35,398 bases of DNA from an uncultured Flavobacterium sp. (GTDB lineage: Bacteria > Bacteroidota > Bacteroidia > Flavobacteriales > Flavobacteriaceae): contig CAZAIL010000001.1 of assembly GCA_964485155.1 (NCBI GenBank), forward strand, positions 1-35,398, read 5' to 3'. The notes under the pieces are model-generated. The model was not told where the DNA came from. It worked only from the letters and a program-made list of their open reading frames with translations, and made no database searches. A program made the position numbers and the translations under genes. This document shows positions 28,016 to 35,398 of the stretch, one piece after another; positions within the stretch are counted from its first letter, which is position 1, and each line of letters opens with the position of its first letter.

Positions 28016-30457
28016 TTATACATTTCCTGTTCTTATAACATCTGCAAAGATACCAGAAGCAGTAACATCTGATCCGGCGCCGGCTCCTTTGATAATTAAT
28101 GGTTGTTTTGGATACCTATCTGTATAAAATAATACAATATTATCACTTCCTTCTAAATTATAGAATGAATGAGATCGAGTTATATGCTGCAATCCAACAG
28201 ATGCCTTCCCATTTTCAAACTCTGCGACATATTTTAAACGACAATCTTGTTTATTAGCCTCTGATAATAGTTGTTGAAAGTGAGGTTCATTTTTATCTAA
28301 TGAGGCATAAAAATCAGTATTTGTTTTAGTAGCTAGGCTTTCTTTAGATAAGAATGAATTGTTTACTATATCTTCTAATTCTATTTCGTAACCACTTTCT
28401 CTTGCCAAAATCAGTATTTTTCTGGCAACATCTATTCCACTCAAGTCAATTTTTGGATCCGGCTCAGTAAACCCTTCTTTTTCAGCTTGTTGTACTATTG
28501 AGCAAAAAGTTGTTGATGAATTAAATTTATTAAATACAAAATTTAAACTTCCCGAAAGAACTGCTTGAATTTTATGAACTCTATCACCAGAAGCTATTAA
28601 GTTTTTTAAAGTATCTATAATTGGCAAACCTGCTCCTACATTAGTCTCGTATAAGAAGGGAACGTTAGATTTTCGAGAAACATTCTTTAAAATATTATAA
28701 TTCTGAGAACTTGAGGCACAGGCAATTTTATTGCAGGTAACTACAGCTATGTTTTCACGTAAATAATGTTCATACATCTCTGAAACCTGTTGATTAGCAG
28801 TAATATCTATAAAAACACTATTCCTTAAATTATGAGAAGTTACCTTAGAATAAAAAGTATCTATACCTGCCTTTTCTCCCTGTTGAAGTAGTTCTTTCCA
28901 GTTTGTTAAGTCTATCCCATTTTCATCAAAAAACATCATTTTAGAGTTAGAAATTCCAATAACTCTAATTTTTAGTTTTAAATTCTTTTGTATATAATTC
29001 TGCTGCTGCTCTATCTGAGCTAAAAATCGTTCTCCCACATTCCCAACTCCGGTCACAAAAAGGTTTAATTCCTTTATTCTTTCTTCAAAAAATCGTTCAT
29101 GTAAAGTATTCAATGCTTTTTTTGCTTCTTTCTTATCAATTACAGCAGAAATATTTTTTTCTGAGGCTCCTTGCGCAATTGCACGAATATTTATATTATT
29201 CTTTCCTAAAGCACTAAACATTTTTCCGCTTAATCCATGATAATTTCTCATATTATCACCTACCAAAGCAATAATGCAGAGATTTTGCTCAACTTTTACA
29301 GGTTTTACTTTTTGTAGTTGAATTTCATATTCAAATACCTCATCAATAATTTTTGATGCTATTACTGCATCATCATCTGAAATAGCAATACAGATAGATA
29401 ATTCTGATGAAGCTTGAGTAATTAAAATAATATTGATATGATGCAGATAAAGAGCTTCAAATAAGCGTTTAGAAAATCCTGGAATACCTACCATTCCATT
29501 ACCTTCAAGGGTTATTAATGTGATGTTTTCTATATGACTAATGCCCTTCACAGGTTTATTCTTACTCGTTTCTTTTGTTATTAAAGTTCCCTGATCTGCT
29601 GGCTTAAAAGTATTCTTAATAACAATTGGAATCTCTTTTTGTAATACAGGTTGAATTGTAGGTGGATAAATTACTTTCGCTCCAAAGTGAGATAATTCCA
29701 TGGCTTCATGATACGATATGTGATCAATTACAGAAGCTTGTTTTACAATAGATGGATTGGCTGTAAACATGCCACTTACATCTGTCCAAATTTGTAATTC
29801 ACTACAATCCAATGCCGCAGAAATAATAGCTGCTGTAAAATCTGAACCACCCCTTCCTAAGGTCGTAGTTTTTCCATTTATTGTTCTGGCAACAAAACCC
29901 GGAACTATAGTTACCCTTTGTTTGTGACCTGAGAAATAGTTTTGACAATTTTTAAATGTAGCAGAAAAATCAACCAATGCATTGTTGTAATTGTCTGAAG
30001 CTACAATTAGTTCTCTAGCATCTTTATAAACAGCTTTAAAACTTTCATTTGCTACTTTTGAAATGATATAAGAAGAAAGCAATTCACCAAAACTAGATAC
30101 CTTTGCTAAGGTTTTTGGACTTAATTCTCGCAACAAAAAACATCCTTCGTAAATTGTTTCTAAATGATTTAACAGTTGTTTTACATAACCATTAACAGAA
30201 CTCTGTTCTTTTACAGGTAGTAACTCTTTAATAATATTAAAATGATGATTTTCTAATTCTTTTAGAACTTCTAAATAATCTTCATTTTTTTGTGCTGCTA
30301 AAGTTGCCCCTTTTATAAGAGCATTTGTAGTTTTACCAAATGCAGAAACAACAACCACTACATCTTGTTCTTGAGAAGATTTAGAGACAATCGCTAATAC
30401 TTTTTGTATGTTTTTTGAATTGGCTACAGAAGATCCACCAAACTTTAATACTTTCAT
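28016..30457 (-). CDS. thrA: Bifunctional aspartate kinase / homoserine dehydrogenase I
   Basis: KFGGSS, TLGRGGSD, two ACT domains, GVGNVG, YETNVGAGLP, GAGAG. Confidence 0.97.
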   Translation of the reverse strand: MKVLKFGGSSVANSKNIQKVLAIVSKSSQEQDVVVVVSAFGKTTNALIKGATLAAQKNEDYLEVLKELENHHFNIIKELLPVKEQSSVNGYVKQLLNHLETIYEGCFLLRELSPKTLAKVSSFGELLSSYIISKVANESFKAVYKDARELIVASDNYNNALVDFSATFKNCQNYFSGHKQRVTIVPGFVARTINGKTTTLGRGGSDFTAAIISAALDCSELQIWTDVSGMFTANPSIVKQASVIDHISYHEAMELSHFGAKVIYPPTIQPVLQKEIPIVIKNTFKPADQGTLITKETSKNKPVKGISHIENITLITLEGNGMVGIPGFSKRLFEALYLHHINIILITQASSELSICIAISDDDAVIASKIIDEVFEYEIQLQKVKPVKVEQNLCIIALVGDNMRNYHGLSGKMFSALGKNNINIRAIAQGASEKNISAVIDKKEAKKALNTLHERFFEERIKELNLFVTGVGNVGERFLAQIEQQQNYIQKNLKLKIRVIGISNSKMMFFDENGIDLTNWKELLQQGEKAGIDTFYSKVTSHNLRNSVFIDITANQQVSEMYEHYLRENIAVVTCNKIACASSSQNYNILKNVSRKSNVPFLYETNVGAGLPIIDTLKNLIASGDRVHKIQAVLSGSLNFVFNKFNSSTTFCSIVQQAEKEGFTEPDPKIDLSGIDVARKILILARESGYEIELEDIVNNSFLSKESLATKTNTDFYASLDKNEPHFQQLLSEANKQDCRLKYVAEFENGKASVGLQHITRSHSFYNLEGSDNIVLFYTDRYPKQPLIIKGAGAGSDVTASGIFADVIRTGNV

Positions 30458-30542
30458 TTTTAAAAGTTTTGAAAAAAATATTTTTAATTTTTTTTAATTT
30501 CTATCTTTCGATATTTCAATAGTTAACTAGATTTTATATGTG

Positions 30543-30563
30543 AAAAATAAACCCCTAAAGGGT
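30543..30563 (-). terminator. Putative attenuator hairpin with U-rich tail
   Basis: Minus strand ACCC-TTTAG-GGGT followed by TTATTTTT; contains the leader stop codon. The stem is short. Confidence 0.5.
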
Positions 30564-30650
30564 AATAGAAGTAATGATAATAATAACAAAAGTTATGCGA
30601 ACAAAGTTGTTTGGTAGGGTATTAATTATATGTTCTTTTGATATTTTCAC
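30555..30650 (-). CDS. Putative thr operon leader peptide (31 aa, MKISKEHIINTLPNNFVRITFVIIIITSITL)
   Basis: GTG...TAG ORF ending 97 nt upstream of thrA; 9 Ile and 4 Thr codons; 9 of the last 13 codons are Ile/Thr. Confidence 0.75.
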   Translation of the reverse strand: MKISKEHIINTLPNNFVRITFVIIIITSITL

Positions 30651-30654
30651 AATT

Positions 30655-30684
30655 CAAATGTATCATTTATATTTAGTTAACAAA
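30655..30684 (-). promoter_or_regulatory. Promoter of the thr leader (-33 TTTG and -7 TACATTTG)
   Basis: Minus strand TTTG (30684-30681), 18-nt spacer, TACATTTG (30662-30655), then AATT-GTG. Confidence 0.65.
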
Positions 30685-30727
30685 AGAAAAATTAATTTTC
30701 TACAGAACTTTTATGAATCTCATAAAA

Positions 30728-32275
30728 TCAGCTATTATTATTTACAGAATATTTATTTTTTATGATTTCTCCGATTGGTTTTTTTTGAATATTGCTTTCT
30801 AACCAGGATATAATATCTAAATATAAAAAAGCTCTGCTTTCATAAGGATCTTCTTCAAAAGTTTTTAATTTTAAATGTAATTTTACAAAGGCCTTCTTTA
30901 TATCTTGAGGATAAATGTTTTGCAAGCTTTTAATAAATTTTATCATCTCTTTTTGAACCTCATGTAAATCGTTCATTTTAAGCAAAAACTTATACGTACT
31001 TTTTAATAAGGTTTCTATATGATAGTCGTATCCTGCTTCATAATGAGCAAATAAATTTAATATTCTTGAAAAACACAATAAATCTTGCCTCATGGATAAG
31101 GACTTGTTTGAGATAATTTTATCTAAATAAAAGATACAAGTATCATTATCTCCTGAGCCAAAGTACATACTTGCAAATTTGTAATAGAATGTCATTACAT
31201 GATGTTCATCTATTCTATTTTTAAATAATTTTAATTGTGAGTCAATTTTAGGTATGATTGCTAGACCTTCATTAAAATTACCATCTGTGAAATACAGATT
31301 TATCTTATGAAGATTTATGTATAAAAAACTAAGTGCTTCAATATTATTGTCTGAAGGAAATCCGTCACTTTTTATAATTTTCTCAAGACTATAAAGTGTT
31401 TTTTCAAACCTATCTTTTCTTCTTATAAAAAATAAAGATTCTAATAAATAGTTGTTTCCCTTTAAGAAAAATACTGGATGTGAGTTAATCATCATTGGAT
31501 TTTCGTAAAATAACTCAACCCATTTAGATGCATACTTATAACAATTTAAAAAATCTTGGGTAAGAAAACTATACCATAAATGAGCTTTATAAAGCCATAA
31601 TTTTTCTCTGAAACCTAATTGACTAATTTCAAATTTTGGTAATCTATTATAAAAATAATCTCTTATATAGATATTTTCTTCTTCATTTTTCACATAGCCA
31701 GACTTCAAAATAATACTGTATAATTGAAGTGATAAATTAGATAATTTACTAGCAATCACATTTAAAGCACTGAGTTCTTTGGCTTGTATTGTTAATTCAT
31801 CAGCCCTATTACTTATGCTTCTTGTAATGTATTGAGATTCTATGACTTTCTCTAATTCAACTACTTCATAAGCTAAGTTCTTCTCTTCATTATAGATGGC
31901 AAATTCTTTGGCTTTTTCTAAAATTTTAAGACTTTGTTTATACAATCCCTTATGATATAAAATTGAAGCAAAATCTAATTGTTCTCTAATTTGAGAACGA
32001 ACATTTTGGTGAGAAGGACTTAATTTTAAACTAATTAATAATTGTTTGTATAAGTGTGCTTTTACGTTTGCTAGTTGTTGTTTTTTAATCCCTCCTTTTT
32101 TTAAGATGGCTGCTTCATCATAAATAGTTGCTTTATCTAAAAAATTGAATAAATTTAAAAACTTAGAGTCAGTATTTACTCCTAATCTGCCTACATATAG
32201 CTTAAATTGTCGCTTTTCAGATTTTGAAAGCGATTGTACTAATTGAAATAAATTATCTTTTTGAGACTTAGTCAT
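30728..32275 (-). CDS. Uncharacterised alpha-helical protein (basic N-terminal domain plus TPR-like body), possible regulator
   Basis: 515-aa intact ORF; N-terminus LFQLVQSLSKSEKRQFK; TPR-like segments (LYHKGLYKQSLKILEKA, YYKFASMYFGSGDNDTCIFYLDKII); divergent from leuA. Function is inference only. Confidence 0.8.
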   Translation of the reverse strand: MTKSQKDNLFQLVQSLSKSEKRQFKLYVGRLGVNTDSKFLNLFNFLDKATIYDEAAILKKGGIKKQQLANVKAHLYKQLLISLKLSPSHQNVRSQIREQLDFASILYHKGLYKQSLKILEKAKEFAIYNEEKNLAYEVVELEKVIESQYITRSISNRADELTIQAKELSALNVIASKLSNLSLQLYSIILKSGYVKNEEENIYIRDYFYNRLPKFEISQLGFREKLWLYKAHLWYSFLTQDFLNCYKYASKWVELFYENPMMINSHPVFFLKGNNYLLESLFFIRRKDRFEKTLYSLEKIIKSDGFPSDNNIEALSFLYINLHKINLYFTDGNFNEGLAIIPKIDSQLKLFKNRIDEHHVMTFYYKFASMYFGSGDNDTCIFYLDKIISNKSLSMRQDLLCFSRILNLFAHYEAGYDYHIETLLKSTYKFLLKMNDLHEVQKEMIKFIKSLQNIYPQDIKKAFVKLHLKLKTFEEDPYESRAFLYLDIISWLESNIQKKPIGEIIKNKYSVNNNS

Positions 32276-32281
32276 ATTGAA

Positions 32282-32300
32282 AATAACTTATTAAGTTATT
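32282..32300. promoter_or_regulatory. Perfect 9-1-9 inverted repeat, candidate operator
   Basis: AATAACTTA-T-TAAGTTATT, 6 nt upstream of the start of the 515-aa gene. Confidence 0.4.
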
Positions 32301-32422
32301 AATTATCAGTTATTTAAATGTTGTTTCTCTTGTTGAACATCGTAATAATATGAAACTAAAACATGTCTAAGAGCTATCCAAAATATAAATTCGTAAGGCA
32401 ATACAAAAATATATTTTAATAA

Positions 32423-33598
32423 ATGTCAGATACTACCATTCAAATCTTTGATACTACTCTTCGAGACGGAGAGCAAGTACCTGGATGTAAGCTAGATACA
32501 AAACAAAAATTAATAATAGCAGAACAGCTAGATATTTTAGGTGTAGATGTTATTGAAGCTGGTTTCCCTGTTTCTAGTCCTGGTGATTTTAAATCTGTTG
32601 AAGCTATTTCAAAAATGGTGAAAAATGCAACTGTTTGCGGGCTTACTAGAGCTGTAAAAAAAGATATTGAAGTTGCAGCTGAGGCGCTACGTTTTGCAAA
32701 AAAACCAAGAATACATACAGGTATTGGAACTTCTGACTCACACATAAAATATAAGTTCAATTCTAACAAAGATGATATTTTACACAGAGCTTTTGAAGCT
32801 GTAAAATATGCAAAATCATTTGTTGAGGATGTAGAGTTCTATGCAGAAGATGCTGGAAGAACAGATAATGAGTTTTTAGCAAGAGTATGCGAACAAGCCA
32901 TCAAAGCAGGAGCAACAGTTTTAAACATTCCTGATACTACAGGCTATTGTTTACCAAGCGAATACGGTACAAAAATAAAATACCTAAAAGAAAATGTAAA
33001 AGGAATAGAGCATGCAATTCTTTCATGTCATTGCCATAATGATTTAGGATTAGCAACTGCCAATTCCATTGAAGGAATTATTAATGGTGCACGTCAAATA
33101 GAGTGCACAATTAACGGTATAGGTGAACGTGCAGGAAACACAGCCTTAGAGGAAGTAGTTATGATTTTAAAACAACATCCTTACTTAAATTTAGACACTA
33201 ACATTAACACGAAACACTTATATGGTATTAGTCAGCTTGTTAGTGAAAGCATGGGGGTTTATACCCAACCAAATAAGGCCATTGTTGGAGCCAATGCTTT
33301 TGCTCACAGTTCTGGAATTCATCAAGATGGTGTCATTAAGAATCGTGAAACCTATGAAATTATAGATCCTAAAGATGTAGGAGTTACAGAATCTGCCATT
33401 GTTTTAACAGCCAGAAGCGGAAGAGCAGCCTTAGCTTACAGGACTAAAATTGTAGGCTATGAATTAACAAAGCTACAGTTAGACATCGTGTATGCTAGTT
33501 TTTTAAGTTTTGCAGATCAAAAGAAAGAAGTAAATGATGAAGACATTCATCAAATTATAGCTTCAAGTAGTATCTCAAAGCAAATTTTATCAGCATAA
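32423..33598 (+). CDS. leuA: 2-isopropylmalate synthase, short form without the C-terminal regulatory domain
   Basis: [39 protein letters not shown]; 391 aa; first gene before leuC and leuD. Confidence 0.93.
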   Translation: MSDTTIQIFDTTLRDGEQVPGCKLDTKQKLIIAEQLDILGVDVIEAGFPVSSPGDFKSVEAISKMVKNATVCGLTRAVKKDIEVAAEALRFAKKPRIHTGIGTSDSHIKYKFNSNKDDILHRAFEAVKYAKSFVEDVEFYAEDAGRTDNEFLARVCEQAIKAGATVLNIPDTTGYCLPSEYGTKIKYLKENVKGIEHAILSCHCHNDLGLATANSIEGIINGARQIECTINGIGERAGNTALEEVVMILKQHPYLNLDTNINTKHLYGISQLVSESMGVYTQPNKAIVGANAFAHSSGIHQDGVIKNRETYEIIDPKDVGVTESAIVLTARSGRAALAYRTKIVGYELTKLQLDIVYASFLSFADQKKEVNDEDIHQIIASSSISKQILSA

Positions 33599-33633
33599 TT
33601 AAAAAATAAACCTACTTCTCGGAGAAACACACT

Positions 33634-35016
33634 ATGAGCAAAACACTTTTCGATAAAATATGGGATCAACATGTTATTGACACTATCAAAAACGGACCAC
33701 AAATTTTATATATAGACAAGCATTTAATACATGAAGTTACCAGTCCACAAGCTTTTAATGAACTAAAAGAAAGATCAATTCCTGTTTTTAGACCAAATCA
33801 AATAGTAGCAACAGCAGATCACAACACACCAACTATAGACCAACATTTACCAATAAAAGATGATTTGTCTAGGAATCAATTAGAACAACTTACTACAAAC
33901 TGTGACGATAATAATATTACGCTATATGAATTAGGACATCAATACAATGGAATAGTTCATGTAATGGCTCCAGAGTTAGGAATTACACAACCAGGAATGA
34001 CTATGGTTTGTGGTGATAGTCATACCTCTACTCATGGTGCTTTTGGTGCCATTGCTTTTGGAATAGGGACTAGTCAGGTAGCGCAAGTATTTGCAAGCCA
34101 GTGTCTATTACTTACAAAACCTAAAAGTTTACGTGTAACCGTTCATGGAAAACTTAGCAAAGGAGTGCTTCCTAAAGACGTTATACTTTACATAATTTCT
34201 AAACTAGGTACTAATTCTGGTACTGGATATTTTTGTGAATATGCTGGAGATGTTTTTAAAAATATGAGCATGGAAGGAAGAATGACTGTTTGCAATATGA
34301 GTATAGAAATGGGAGCACGTGGAGGAATGATAGCTCCAGATCTAACTACTTACGACTATATTAAGGGAAGAAAATTTGCTCCTAAAGGAATTGAATTTGA
34401 TGAAAAAGTAGCCTATTGGAATACATTGCCATCAGATAATGATGCTGTTTTTGATCAAGAATATACTTTTGATGCAGAAGATATTGGGCCAATGCTTACC
34501 TATGGAACAAATCCTGGAATGGGAATTAAAATAACAGAAACCATTCCTGTAAACGAAAATCCTTCTTTCAAAAAATCATTGGAATATATGAATTTTGATG
34601 CAGGAGCATCTTTAATTAATCAACCTGTAAATTTTGTATTTATAGGAAGCTGTACCAACTCTAGAATTGAGGATTTTAGAGTTGCTGCCAATTATATTAA
34701 AGGGAAACAAAAAGCCACAAATGTAACCGCATGGTTAGTTCCTGGAAGTAAACAAGTAGAAACTCAAATTATTAAAGAGGGATTAAAAGATATTTTTGTT
34801 GAAGCAGGTTTTGAGCTAAGGCAACCAGGTTGTTCTGCTTGTTTAGCAATGAATGATGACAAAATACCCAAAGGTGAATATTGTGTTTCTACTTCTAACA
34901 GAAACTTTGAAGGAAGACAAGGACAAGGATCTAGAACTATTCTAGCTAGTCCTCTAGTTGCTGCAGCTACGGCTATTGAAGGAAAAATTATTGACATTAC
35001 TAAACAATTAAGTTAA
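33634..35016 (+). CDS. leuC: 3-isopropylmalate dehydratase large subunit
   Basis: [48 protein letters not shown]. Confidence 0.97.
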   Translation: MSKTLFDKIWDQHVIDTIKNGPQILYIDKHLIHEVTSPQAFNELKERSIPVFRPNQIVATADHNTPTIDQHLPIKDDLSRNQLEQLTTNCDDNNITLYELGHQYNGIVHVMAPELGITQPGMTMVCGDSHTSTHGAFGAIAFGIGTSQVAQVFASQCLLLTKPKSLRVTVHGKLSKGVLPKDVILYIISKLGTNSGTGYFCEYAGDVFKNMSMEGRMTVCNMSIEMGARGGMIAPDLTTYDYIKGRKFAPKGIEFDEKVAYWNTLPSDNDAVFDQEYTFDAEDIGPMLTYGTNPGMGIKITETIPVNENPSFKKSLEYMNFDAGASLINQPVNFVFIGSCTNSRIEDFRVAANYIKGKQKATNVTAWLVPGSKQVETQIIKEGLKDIFVEAGFELRQPGCSACLAMNDDKIPKGEYCVSTSNRNFEGRQGQGSRTILASPLVAAATAIEGKIIDITKQLS

Positions 35017-35398
35017 TGGAAAGGTTTATAAAAATAACATCGAAGGCAATTCCGTTAGCCATAGAAAATGTTGATACAGATCAAATTATTCCAGCTCGTT
35101 TTTTAAAGGCTACCGATAAAAAAGGGTTTGGAGATAATGTATTTAGAGATTGGAGATATGATAAGAATGGAGAGTTAAATACTGAATTCTCATTAAACAA
35201 TACTTCCTACTCAGGAAATATTTTAATAGCAGGAGATAATTTTGGATGTGGTTCTAGTAGAGAACACGCAGCCTGGGCTCTAGTTGGATATGGTTTTAAA
35301 GTAATTGTATCTAGTTTTTTTGCAGATATTTTTAAAGGAAATGCACTAAACAATGGGCTATTACCTTTACAGGTATCACCTACTTTTTTAGCTATTTT
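35016..35398 (+). CDS. leuD: 3-isopropylmalate dehydratase small subunit, 3'-truncated by the window edge
   Basis: Not in the ORF track; ATG overlaps the leuC TAA; translates [31 protein letters not shown]...[11 protein letters not shown]...[17 protein letters not shown]. Confidence 0.96.
   Translation, partial: MERFIKITSKAIPLAIENVDTDQIIPARFLKATDKKGFGDNVFRDWRYDKNGELNTEFSLNNTSYSGNILIAGDNFGCGSSREHAAWALVGYGFKVIVSSFFADIFKGNALNNGLLPLQVSPTFLAI

Noticed and set aside
30574-30765. 63-aa plus-strand ORF MIIITKVMRT
   Set aside because: Antisense shadow of the thr leader and its promoter; no recognisable product.
392-34997. Numerous 60-110 aa antisense ORFs inside long genes (e.g. 392-592, 7711-7995, 12452-12766, 17462-17758, 32440-32769)
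   Set aside because: Overlap well-supported genes on the opposite strand; explained by codon bias.
1-35398. CRISPR array, rRNA, tRNA or a known riboswitch
   Set aside because: No regularly spaced repeats or GC-rich structured RNA recognised by eye; a covariance-model scan would be needed to exclude small RNAs fully.

Overview
AT-rich Flavobacteriaceae (Polaribacter/Tenacibaculum-like, by inference) chromosomal window, mostly housekeeping: 3' part of purL, a T9SS-secreted M14 carboxypeptidase, two tandem long-chain acyl-CoA ligases, msrA, dnaX, a USP-SulP-GH73-miaE-DUF4268 run, mnmE, a nucleoid-associated protein, thrABC, a 515-aa uncharacterised helical protein and leuA-leuC-leuD (partial). 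Elements the ORF track does not show: (1) an apparently leaderless Ile/Thr-rich 31-codon leader peptide with a hairpin/U-tract upstream of thrA, i.e. a probable attenuator; (2) an A10 slippery site in dnaX with stops in both shifted frames at the gamma/tau boundary; (3) a signalling cassette behind mnmE (receiver, H-NOX, 4xPAS-GAF kinase, Hpt, LytTR) with a ~1.45-kb tandem duplication starting at a copy of the mnmE 3' end, an internally deleted H-NOX and a TA-repeat-frameshifted Hpt; (4) further gene remnants; (5) a candidate regulatory hub between the thr and leu operons. No rRNA, tRNA, CRISPR array, integrase or transposase was seen. All family calls come from motif recognition, not database searches.
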